IMG/VR virus record: IMGVR_UViG_3300036944_000427
Location: 1 to 40,034 of that record
Reading direction: 5' to 3' (one strand)
DNA from: a virus
DNA length: 40,034 nt
In this document: positions 15,154-23,155 of the stretch, piece by piece
Numbering within the stretch: position 1 is the stretch's first letter
Layout: every line of letters begins with the position of its first letter
The notes under the pieces: generated by a model
Databases searched by the model: none
Told to the model about the DNA's origin: nothing
Seen by the model: only the letters and a program-made list of their open reading frames with translations
Translations under genes and position numbers: made by a program

Positions 15154-15397
15154 CGCGGTAAAATTCCTTGATGGTGTTGGTACGCTGGACATTGACACTG
15201 GAAACACGCCTGCGCTCCTCTTCATATTGCGCTGATATAACGTCGATCTTGCCTTGCATGACCACACGCCGCTCTTCTGCGGCCTTGTAGGCTTTGGCCG
15301 CAGCAGACTTGGCCGCGCCGTCTCGGATGGCGTAGCCGGTAACACCGCCGACAACCAAGCCGACGACCACAGCAATGGTGATGATCGGGTTGTTCAT
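15008..15397 (-). CDS. i-spanin (Rz-like) (129 aa)
   Basis: Has an N-terminal TM segment (IITIAVVVGLVVGGVTGYAI) followed by a charged coiled-coil. It sits in the lysis-cassette position. Confidence 0.7.
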   Translation of the reverse strand: MNNPIITIAVVVGLVVGGVTGYAIRDGAAKSAAAKAYKAAEERRVVMQGKIDVISAQYEEERRRVSSVNVQRTNTIKEFYRDAPAVPAECALPDPMYGLLVNGVRDANVATGEPSLAVPKSAAPAATSH

Positions 15398-15555
15398 TTG
15401 CGAATATCCCCGTCAGGGACAAAGGCCGCGATTGCCCCAACCGCCATAGAGACGTAGGACCAAGGCGCGACTAGGGCAGAGGCTGCGGCGACGCTGGTGC
15501 CGATCAGCAACCAGGTTGAGCGTTCGCTAAGGCGGGCTTTGATGAAACTAAGCAT
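15394..15555 (-). CDS. Two-TM small membrane protein, holin/antiholin candidate (53 aa)
   Basis: Uses the internal ATG at 15555. The sequence is MLSFIKARLSERSTWLLIGTSVAAASALVAPWSYVSMAVGAIAAFV... It has an ATGA overlap with the i-spanin start. Confidence 0.6.
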   Translation of the reverse strand: MLSFIKARLSERSTWLLIGTSVAAASALVAPWSYVSMAVGAIAAFVPDGDIRK

Positions 15556-15949
15556 CTTTCGGCGGGTCCGGATAGGTGGCTGACGGGAGTTGGATGTGCG
15601 GAGCGTCCTTGAAGGACTTCCAGTCGTAGCCAAACTCGGCTTTGACGCTGACGTCCTTAGCGGCCTGCTTGAAGGCCGCGATCAGCCGATCATACAAAGG
15701 CCAATCCCAGCGGATAGAACCCGCCACGAGCGGCGCTACGTCCACGGCGAAGCCATGTATGTGGCGGGACTTCATAGTCTTAGACGCGCCCGAAGCAAAT
15801 AGCTCCTGCTGGCGCTTGATCGTGCGAAGGCCCTCGATGACCGTGAAGTCCAACGGCGAGATCTCAAGCGCCCGCATGACGACCTTGACCAGATCGGGAT
15901 GGACGCCGGTTAGGTTGAGGCTTGAGCGTTGGCTAAGGTGATAGGTCAT
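15548..15949 (-). CDS. Peptidase M15 (VanY / L-Ala-D-Glu-type) endolysin (133 aa)
   Basis: Uses the internal ATG at 15949. Contains GLRTIKRQQELF, SRHIHGFAVDV (H-x6-D) and DAPHIQL, which are the zinc ligands typical of Peptidase_M15_4. Confidence 0.85.
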   Translation of the reverse strand: MTYHLSQRSSLNLTGVHPDLVKVVMRALEISPLDFTVIEGLRTIKRQQELFASGASKTMKSRHIHGFAVDVAPLVAGSIRWDWPLYDRLIAAFKQAAKDVSVKAEFGYDWKSFKDAPHIQLPSATYPDPPKDA

Positions 15950-16116
15950 CAGTTCATCTTCAGCACGATGCCGAGAAGAAGCATGATGATGGTCCCAGCG
16001 ATAACCACACCGATCCCTTCGATCCGTTTCAACCTGGCGCAAATGCCATCGTAGCGCAGAGCGCAAACTGCTTCGTGCGTGTCCAATCTAGCACCTGGGT
16101 CTTTCTCTTCGGCCAT
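15949..16116 (-). CDS. 55-aa C-terminally anchored membrane microprotein, holin candidate (below the ORF-track cutoff)
   Basis: Hand translation gives MAEEKDPGARLDTHEAVCALRYDGICARLKRIEGIGVVIAGTIIMLLLGIVLKMN*. Its stop overlaps the endolysin ATG (TGATG). Confidence 0.55.
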   Translation of the reverse strand: MAEEKDPGARLDTHEAVCALRYDGICARLKRIEGIGVVIAGTIIMLLLGIVLKMN

Positions 16117-16125
16117 AAAACGTAC

Positions 16126-17544
16126 TCACTTAGCTAAAGCGTTACTGGGAGAATTAAGATTAGCCACGCCCCGCGTTGCAAAGCGAGCCATTGCGTTTGA
16201 TGATGGAACCGCTGCGCGTTGACCGCCGCGCATTAGCGCAGCGACGCGGGCGGCATTGAATGCGGCCAACTTGTTGGCGGCGGCTTTTGAGGCTAGCGTT
16301 GTCGCCGCGCCAAGCACCGCAGGCACGCCGCCGCCCGCTGCGCCACCAGCAAGATACGCTGCCGACTTTATCGCGCCGGGGATGTTGGCTCCAGGCGCAA
16401 AGGAGCCGATAAATTGAAGCGCATCCACGCCGCCTTTGCCTTTGGCGACATCTTCAATGATTTTGCGTTCTGCGTCATCGAACCCGCGCATACGGGTTTT
16501 GCTTTTGGCCAAGGTTCTAAATTCGCCTTGAAGCGCGGTTGCGGGGTCGGACTTAGACAAGTCGGCACGCTTAATAAGGTCTTCTATGACGTCGCTCTTG
16601 CTCATTTGAGACCAGAGTTTGCGAGCCTCATTGATGGCCGGTATCGCAACGTCAAAGTTTCCTGAAACAACATTTTTGTTGTCAGAAACAAAATCATCTA
16701 ATTTGTTTTTTACGGTGTTGATCAAGCGTAATTCACCCGCGTCTGAGCTAGGCTTGGACGCTGCCTGATTAACCACTAAACGAAGCGTGGCCAAATCTTT
16801 GAACGACTTAATCGGCTTCTCAATGTCAGACACTAACCGCTTTACAGCCGCCGAAGTGTTGGGGTGCAGATCAATGTCGAAACCCTTGTCACGCAAAGTG
16901 CTTTGAACGTCATCTACAAAACCGCTGTAGGCCGCAGGCGAGAACACAACGCCAGCGTCTTCGGCCTTCTTGTACGCGGTCTGCGCTAAAGCCTTTAGCT
17001 CGTCACCCGTCTTGGCAATAATCGGTGCGGTCTTTTCGGCTAGCAAGCCTAAGCCCTTACCAACGACTTGACCGCCAACGGTGCCCAAAGCATTGACGCC
17101 AACGTCCTGCGCTACTGTTTTTGCTGTGGCAAGCGGAGACGCTGGTTTCTTGGGTGCTAGTGCGTTCTTAGTCAGGTCGTAAAGTTGACCGCCAATGCCC
17201 GCGCCCAAACCCACCCCAACGGCTTCAGTAGCGATGCCGCCCAAGCCTGCCGTGGGCACGGACGCAGCCAAAGCGGCAGGGGCCGCGATAACGCCGCCAA
17301 GAACGCCGCCGCCAAGCGTAGCCAATTCGCGGCCACGCGGGCCGGATATGTAATCCACCACGGCGTTGCGTCGAGCGGGAGCTTCGTTTGGCTCAGTTTC
17401 GGGCGCAGCAACGGGTTCTTCCATTGCCGTCATTTCTTCTTGACGCTTAAGCCTGTAAGCTTCGCCTATCTTATTAAATTCGGGCGTGCCTTCTTTGTCT
17501 TTGTTTTTGACAATCCATTCGGCGTATTGCGCGGCAGTTGCCAT
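16126..17544 (-). CDS. Internal virion / ejection protein candidate, Gly/Ala-rich (472 aa)
   Basis: Large ORF in the position of the P22 gp7/gp20/gp16-type genes. It has long Gly/Ala hydrophobic stretches. No enzymatic motif seen. Confidence 0.5.
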   Translation of the reverse strand: MATAAQYAEWIVKNKDKEGTPEFNKIGEAYRLKRQEEMTAMEEPVAAPETEPNEAPARRNAVVDYISGPRGRELATLGGGVLGGVIAAPAALAASVPTAGLGGIATEAVGVGLGAGIGGQLYDLTKNALAPKKPASPLATAKTVAQDVGVNALGTVGGQVVGKGLGLLAEKTAPIIAKTGDELKALAQTAYKKAEDAGVVFSPAAYSGFVDDVQSTLRDKGFDIDLHPNTSAAVKRLVSDIEKPIKSFKDLATLRLVVNQAASKPSSDAGELRLINTVKNKLDDFVSDNKNVVSGNFDVAIPAINEARKLWSQMSKSDVIEDLIKRADLSKSDPATALQGEFRTLAKSKTRMRGFDDAERKIIEDVAKGKGGVDALQFIGSFAPGANIPGAIKSAAYLAGGAAGGGVPAVLGAATTLASKAAANKLAAFNAARVAALMRGGQRAAVPSSNAMARFATRGVANLNSPSNALAK

Positions 17545-17546
17545 GC

Positions 17547-18779
17547 CTATTTCCTTCCGCGATTAAGGATGGCGTCGGCTTCATCGTAAAGTTTTGCATT
17601 GGGCGACGCCGTAGCAGCCGCCGCAGGCGTTGCAGCCCTAGCTTTTAAAACGGTTTCGTACCAAGCGTTATAATGTTGCTCAATTTTTTCAATTGATTTT
17701 TTAAGCTCACGCTCTGACAAGCCTTGATCCAAACTGGCAACGGTTGACTCCAAACGCGCAAGTTCTTTTACTGCAACTTGGCCAAGCGCACCACCTGTAG
17801 GCGACGCTTCACGCATTTTTTGAAGCTCGTCAAAACCAAGGTTTGCTTTGAGGGTGTCCAGTTTTCCGGATAAATCCCTAGCTTTTGTGCCGCCAACGCG
17901 GGACGCAACTTCGCCAATAACGCCAGTTGTAGTAGCGCCAACTAAAGCTTTAGCCTCTGCTAGTGTTCCGCGAATACGCGAAATTTTGCTGTCTTGCGCT
18001 GCGGCGACCATAGCAGGATTAGGCGGAGCCTTACCAGGCCTGCCAGCCGCAGCGGGCGCACCAGCCGCCGCCGGGCGTGCGCCGCCGCCGCCCGTAGCAG
18101 CCCTAGCGGGAGCAGCGGGGCGGGCAGCGCGGTTAGCGTCCATACGCTGACCGATCATGCCTTGAACTTCAAGTTGGGTGTCGCGGTTGGCTTGGGCGTT
18201 TACCGCGTCTTGAGCGCCCTTTAGACCAAGTTGCGCTTTTTGAAGAAGGTCTGCAAATGCAGCGGGGTCGTTTGCTGCTGCGGCAATCTGAGCGCGGGAT
18301 TGTTCGGGCGTGACGCCAATGCGGTCGAAATATTCTTGTAGCGTCGGATCGCTATGATTCTGCTCATGCCACTGCATAAACTGTTCAGGCGTTCGCACAC
18401 CCTCAAGCCGGAACCGGGCGTTGTCCATCGCGGAGCTTACGTTGGCGTTAAAATCTTTGGTTATGTTTTGGCGCTTACCTTGCGCTTCCAAATCGGCGTT
18501 TTGCATACCAAGGATTTTACCACCCAAGCCAAGCTGCGCCGCGCCCTCCATCACTCGGCGCATATCAACCCTTCCGGTCTTGGCGTCGTATGATTGGGCA
18601 TACAACTTGTTCACCGCTTGATCTTCTAGCGCTGTCCGTTTCGCCAAAGCGTTTTGGCTTTCTGCGTTTCGCATAGCCAAGGCATTGGACTGCACTTGCT
18701 GACGACGCACTTGCGTTTCCAGCGGATCGTTTAGCTGAATGGGCTTAAACGCAAGGGCGATATTGGGGTCAAGAGCCAT
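17547..18779 (-). CDS. Internal virion / ejection protein candidate (410 aa)
   Basis: Helical and Gln/Ala-rich, with a central Ala/Pro/Gly low-complexity region. Assignment rests on synteny. Confidence 0.5.
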   Translation of the reverse strand: MALDPNIALAFKPIQLNDPLETQVRRQQVQSNALAMRNAESQNALAKRTALEDQAVNKLYAQSYDAKTGRVDMRRVMEGAAQLGLGGKILGMQNADLEAQGKRQNITKDFNANVSSAMDNARFRLEGVRTPEQFMQWHEQNHSDPTLQEYFDRIGVTPEQSRAQIAAAANDPAAFADLLQKAQLGLKGAQDAVNAQANRDTQLEVQGMIGQRMDANRAARPAAPARAATGGGGARPAAAGAPAAAGRPGKAPPNPAMVAAAQDSKISRIRGTLAEAKALVGATTTGVIGEVASRVGGTKARDLSGKLDTLKANLGFDELQKMREASPTGGALGQVAVKELARLESTVASLDQGLSERELKKSIEKIEQHYNAWYETVLKARAATPAAAATASPNAKLYDEADAILNRGRK

Positions 18780-18792
18780 GTGTAGCTACCTA

Positions 18793-19530
18793 CTAAAACG
18801 GTGTTTTCGCCGCTATGGCGTTCCATGAATTGGTAAGGCTAGGGTTGGTCGGGCCATAGTTGCCGCCGTACATACTGGTGTACTGGTTGATGCCCGTACC
18901 CAAGGCGCTTGTAAGAGCATTAGCCGAACCAACATAGCCCGACGCACGGGCGTTACCCGCGCCTAGCGCGTTTTCGGCTAGATTTGTGCCTAACGTACCG
19001 GCGGCGGTGGTCAGTGTGTTGGCCCCCGTCTGCCCTGCGCCCATGAGGCTTTGCAGAGGATTGAGTTGGTTGGCGCGGTTGGTTTGGTAGCGGTTGAACG
19101 CATTCATGTATTCTTGGCTACCCATGTCCTGACCGTAGCGCTGCGCGGCCTTCATAGCCCCGCCGGAAAGAAGGCCACCACGAGCAGCGGCTGTGCGGTC
19201 AAGAGCCTTGTTGCCTTCGGCCAAACGAAAGGCATAGCCCGGGTCTGTCGTAAAATCATTCATGGTAAAATCACCGGCATACTTGCCGTAGCCTGCGTCG
19301 CCGGGGGCGCCAGATAGACCTAAGTAGCCCAGCAACTTGTTCTGGGCAGTGAGGCCAGCCTCACGAAACGGCGCTTGCAGTTCAACCTGCTTGTTGAACA
19401 TTTCACGCTGTAGCGCGGCGGACTGATCAGCGGCTTGCGTCTGTGCTTTTGCGGCCTTGCTGGCCGCAGACATGCCTACAGCGCCGCTGACGAGAGACGA
19501 ACCAATAATGGCGGCGGCTACAAAAGTCAT
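18793..19530 (-). CDS. Ejection (DNA-transfer) protein candidate with N-terminal TM segment (245 aa)
   Basis: Begins MTFVAAAIIGSSLVSGAVGM, followed by a Gln/Asn/Gly-rich sequence. Assignment rests on synteny. Confidence 0.5.
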   Translation of the reverse strand: MTFVAAAIIGSSLVSGAVGMSAASKAAKAQTQAADQSAALQREMFNKQVELQAPFREAGLTAQNKLLGYLGLSGAPGDAGYGKYAGDFTMNDFTTDPGYAFRLAEGNKALDRTAAARGGLLSGGAMKAAQRYGQDMGSQEYMNAFNRYQTNRANQLNPLQSLMGAGQTGANTLTTAAGTLGTNLAENALGAGNARASGYVGSANALTSALGTGINQYTSMYGGNYGPTNPSLTNSWNAIAAKTPF

Positions 19531-19988
19531 GAAAGCACCTCGACAGGCTGGATCTTCAGCTTGTTGCTATGTCCAAACATAGCATCTGGATCAATTTCTA
19601 CCAATTCGTTTTCTGCGTCGTCTACGGTGGCGGCGTCCGTGCAGTGGAAGGTGACGCACAGGGCGTCTGTGACCGCGTAGACGGCCCTCTTTGTGCCGGG
19701 CTTACTACAGATCAACCGAGGCCCTGTGACCTCCTGTGCGCCGTCGTCCGTCGTGATCAGGACCGTACCGTGGACCACATAGTAGAAGTGTTCCTTCTTG
19801 TGGACCTTACCGACGATCAGCGCCCCCGCCACGCGAAATACCTCACGGCAGTACATCCCGCCGTGGAACGTGTGTGTCGTCTCAGGCTCGTACTGCTCGA
19901 ACTTGGAAATGGCTTTCTGGAGCGCATCGACCTTGCCGCGCATGTTGCGCGGGTTTGGTACGGTGAACTCGTATTGAGCCACGTCCAC
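19527..19988 (-). CDS. Cupin-fold protein (153 aa)
   Basis: HTFHGGMYCRE...HFYYVVHGTVLITTDDG...GPRLICSKPGTKRAVYA resembles the two cupin motifs. The GTG start overlaps the upstream TAG. Confidence 0.5.
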   Translation of the reverse strand: MDVAQYEFTVPNPRNMRGKVDALQKAISKFEQYEPETTHTFHGGMYCREVFRVAGALIVGKVHKKEHFYYVVHGTVLITTDDGAQEVTGPRLICSKPGTKRAVYAVTDALCVTFHCTDAATVDDAENELVEIDPDAMFGHSNKLKIQPVEVLS

Positions 19989-20323
19989 TAGCTAATCTCC
20001 CGCCCGCTGGCGCGGATGTTGATGGCCGAGGCCGTACCGGCCAACGTCGAGATGAACCCGCCCGCCTCTAGGGCCGCACCGACAATCTCAGGGAAGGTGT
20101 AGGACTCCCCGGCCTGAAGCGTCTTGGTCTTGACGATCAGGTTGTCGCTACCCGCCGCGCTTGCGCCCGTGACCAAGTTGACGCTGATCGTGGCCGCAGC
20201 GGCGCTGTAGTTCGTGGCGGTCATCTTGTCGATGATCGCCGTGACGCCCGTCGCGGTGTACTGCGTGGTTTGGACGGCCTCCGCAATCTTGGCCGGAACT
20301 AGGACTTTTACGTTGACGGTCAT
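19988..20323 (-). CDS. Hypothetical all-beta virion-module protein (111 aa)
   Basis: ORF tightly packed downstream of the tailspike gene. No recognisable motif. Confidence 0.6.
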   Translation of the reverse strand: MTVNVKVLVPAKIAEAVQTTQYTATGVTAIIDKMTATNYSAAAATISVNLVTGASAAGSDNLIVKTKTLQAGESYTFPEIVGAALEAGGFISTLAGTASAINIRASGREIS

Positions 20324-20331
20324 GCTGGCTC

Positions 20332-22437
20332 CTACGCGATGACTTCTTCGGCCTGAACCAGAAACGATCCGCTTGGCAGATCGTAAGCTGAGGCGCTGAA
20401 GTTGAACAGGCGAACAGTGGCGGTGTTAGCTGCGGTGTAGCGAGTAGTCATCATCATAGGTTCCGTCGTAACACCGATAAAATTAGACGATAGAAGCCAG
20501 TTGCCCGTATCCAAGCCAGGAACCGTGACAGGATAGTCAGCCGCACCGGCTGCGGCGATGCTGGCGGGGTTGACGGCAGAACGTCCTTCAATGCGGCGTC
20601 CGCGAAAGTAGGTGACCGTGGCATTTTCCTTAATGTAAGGTGCCACACGATTACCAAAGCAGTCATTATCAACAAACTTCAAACCAACCAGTGGGGTGAC
20701 CAAACCATTGGCCGCGCCTATGCCGTAGCCCTGCGTTCCGGATGCGCCGTTCTGATCAAACGAACGGTTATTCGAAATTAACGAATAGCTGCCGTTATAT
20801 GTGGCGTTGCCTTCCGGGACCAAAATCCCCCGCGTTGCATACTGATTAGGGTTTCCGGTCAAAGTCGCAAAGTACTGACCGTTGTCAAAAACGATGTTAC
20901 CGGAACAAATCCCGCCTTGCGATCCAAAGCTAATCCCGCTGGCCGCATTAAAGAAGCAGACGTTATCCAAGCATTCTTCGTAAGCGCCCCACAATTCAAA
21001 CGCGCTGTTGACGGTGTTGTCCGTGTCAGGGCCAATGTAAGTGTTGGTGTATGGTGCGCCCGCAATTGTGCAGTAGCCAACACGACTAATCACATTGTTA
21101 GAGTAGACGTTTCTTGCTACGCCGCTAACTTGTTCGGACACAAAGGCCGCGCCGTAAATTACGTTTCGGGCCACATTTCCAAAGATGTTGGAGCTTTTTA
21201 GCGTAAAATTACATCCGCCGTTTTCAATGTAATTGTGGCTGATCTCGACGCCCTCGCCAACGATAGGGGTTGGTCCACCCGCGCCCGCGTAGGTAATCGC
21301 CACAACTTGAGCGCCGCCATAGTTAGCCGGAGCAAACGACCCCGGCACCGCAGGAAACGATGCAGTGACCGGACCGATATAACCGCGCCCGTTGGTGGAA
21401 AACAGAATTGAACTGGCGATAACCGCGCCCGACCCGTTGGTGCTGTATGTAAACGCCGCCTGAACGCCGCCGGGGCCAGCGGGGGCCGAAATGGTGCCAA
21501 CCAAGCCGGTAGTGTTTAGGGGGCCTCCAGACCCCGCCAGAAAGCCTGCGGTCGCCGCCGTATCAATCCATGCACCAACCAATTGGTCCATCAAGATCGA
21601 GTTGCCGCGAATCACTGCGTAATTCATCGAATTACAGGCAATGGCAAATTGGTCGGTATTAATAAAATTGTTGTTCTCAATCCGCGCCCGTTCGCAGCCG
21701 TAATAGTTAATCAGACCGTTCTTGGTGCCAACCAGCGACCCGCCGTCAATCGTAAGGTTCTCGACCACAATATCGTTTGCATAGGTGGCGTTGATCATAC
21801 CGGTGCCAGCAAGCGGTGAGCGCAGTTTTAAAATTGACGTTGCGCGGTTCTCACCGATCAATTGTTTACCGGCAGTCAGCGTAACAGGGTCAATCATAAA
21901 GGTCCCCGCCGGAACAATGATCGCGCCCGTCGAGTTGGTGATTGCCCGTTGCACCGCAAGCGTGTCGTCAGCAACGCCATCACCGACAGCGCCGTAATCC
22001 TTAATGTTGACGATCTGGCGCAGTTTTGCCCCGACCGTAGTTGTCGTGGCGGAAACTCCGGTGCCTTTGTGGCCGATCAGATCAGAGCCATTACTGGCCG
22101 CGTACACCACGCCCACCGCAGTGACGGAGGCAGCGACAATAGATGCCGTGCTGTCGGGGAAGGGGCCAAGGCTAATGTTGTCTACGGTCCAGATCTCAAC
22201 GTCGTCTGACGTGGTGAGTTTGAACTTATAGGATTGCGTACCCAACCAGATGGAGGCCTCGCCGCGAGAGTCCAAGATAACCGGGTTGGGGTTGTTGGTT
22301 ATGCCAGCGCTATCGGCAAAGGTCGCAAGCGGCGTGGTCGTGCCCGCGTCGTAGGTGTAAATCTTTCCGCCGGCAAGCGGTACGCCCGCAGTGCTGAAGA
22401 ACTGGAGCTTAGGTTCTGGAGTAAGATAAGCAACCAT
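20332..22437 (-). CDS. Tailspike/depolymerase with pectate-lyase-like right-handed beta-helix (701 aa)
   Basis: Uses the internal ATG at 22437. The N-terminal PKLQFFSTAGVPLAGGKIYTYDAGTTTP is a fibre-type domain. NIKDYGAVGDGVADDTLAVQRAI is the Pectate_lyase_3 signature. Repetitive N/G/I-rich beta-helix coils follow. Confidence 0.8.
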   Translation of the reverse strand: MVAYLTPEPKLQFFSTAGVPLAGGKIYTYDAGTTTPLATFADSAGITNNPNPVILDSRGEASIWLGTQSYKFKLTTSDDVEIWTVDNISLGPFPDSTASIVAASVTAVGVVYAASNGSDLIGHKGTGVSATTTTVGAKLRQIVNIKDYGAVGDGVADDTLAVQRAITNSTGAIIVPAGTFMIDPVTLTAGKQLIGENRATSILKLRSPLAGTGMINATYANDIVVENLTIDGGSLVGTKNGLINYYGCERARIENNNFINTDQFAIACNSMNYAVIRGNSILMDQLVGAWIDTAATAGFLAGSGGPLNTTGLVGTISAPAGPGGVQAAFTYSTNGSGAVIASSILFSTNGRGYIGPVTASFPAVPGSFAPANYGGAQVVAITYAGAGGPTPIVGEGVEISHNYIENGGCNFTLKSSNIFGNVARNVIYGAAFVSEQVSGVARNVYSNNVISRVGYCTIAGAPYTNTYIGPDTDNTVNSAFELWGAYEECLDNVCFFNAASGISFGSQGGICSGNIVFDNGQYFATLTGNPNQYATRGILVPEGNATYNGSYSLISNNRSFDQNGASGTQGYGIGAANGLVTPLVGLKFVDNDCFGNRVAPYIKENATVTYFRGRRIEGRSAVNPASIAAAGAADYPVTVPGLDTGNWLLSSNFIGVTTEPMMMTTRYTAANTATVRLFNFSASAYDLPSGSFLVQAEEVIA

Positions 22438-22447
22438 TTGAAGACCC

Positions 22448-23155
22448 TTATGCGGAGATGTTGCTGGTAACGGTAAGGATGGCAGACGGAATAGCCGGAA
22501 CAGGCGCAGTAGCTGCGACAGCAACGATTTGACAGCCCGTATCATCCGTTGACCATACCAATTCGAAATAGTCGCCTGCGTTCATGTTTAGCACAAAGTT
22601 TGACGTGGCGACAGATGCTGCGCTAGTGCCTGCAAGCGTAACCTGTCTTGCGCTGTTGGCGATGTCCGCACCGTTTAGGCGAAGCCAAACCCAGACACTC
22701 TTTGCCGCCGCTGTTGTCTTGTTTAGTTGCAGCGAAAACTCAACATTGTAGATTGCTGGCCGGTCCACATAGATGCGCGATGTTGGAGTTCCGCGAGTTG
22801 CGCCAACAGAGGCATCTGTAAAGCCAAAGGTAATTGGGTAGGCCGTGTTAATTGCCGCAGCGGTTTGGGTCGTGCTGTCATGAAACGCGCCATAGACGTA
22901 GCGAGCCAGTTGCGGCGTATAGGCCGGGCCTACGTCAAGCGCCTCTATGGACTTGGCTGTCTCGGCCAACTGAGAAACGCTGAAAACTTCAGACGAAGGC
23001 GAGATTTGCAGGAACTGCGTGATGTCGTCCGTCGAGCCGTCACCAAGCAGGGTGAACAGGTTGTTGAAGAACCTGAACCACTCACGCGAAATTAAGCCCG
23101 TGCGCTCGTCAATGATCGGAACGCGCGGCGCGGGGATTTGGGTGATGTTAGCCAT
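22448..23155 (-). CDS. Tail fibre protein with a C1q/TNF-like jelly-roll C-terminal domain (235 aa)
   Basis: Uses the internal ATG at 23155. The N-terminal IDERTGLISREWFRFFNNLF is a motif common in fibre N-termini. The C-terminal IYNVEFSLQL...VWVWLRLNG...GDYFELV resembles C1q-like domains. Confidence 0.6.
   Translation of the reverse strand: MANITQIPAPRVPIIDERTGLISREWFRFFNNLFTLLGDGSTDDITQFLQISPSSEVFSVSQLAETAKSIEALDVGPAYTPQLARYVYGAFHDSTTQTAAAINTAYPITFGFTDASVGATRGTPTSRIYVDRPAIYNVEFSLQLNKTTAAAKSVWVWLRLNGADIANSARQVTLAGTSAASVATSNFVLNMNAGDYFELVWSTDDTGCQIVAVAATAPVPAIPSAILTVTSNISA

Noticed and set aside
14914-15375. Full-length 153-aa reading of the minus-strand ORF
   Set aside because: The N-terminal 74 codons overlap the i-spanin frame and look like shadow sequence. 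Only the part from ATG 15153 (signal peptide plus lipobox) makes biological sense, as the o-spanin.
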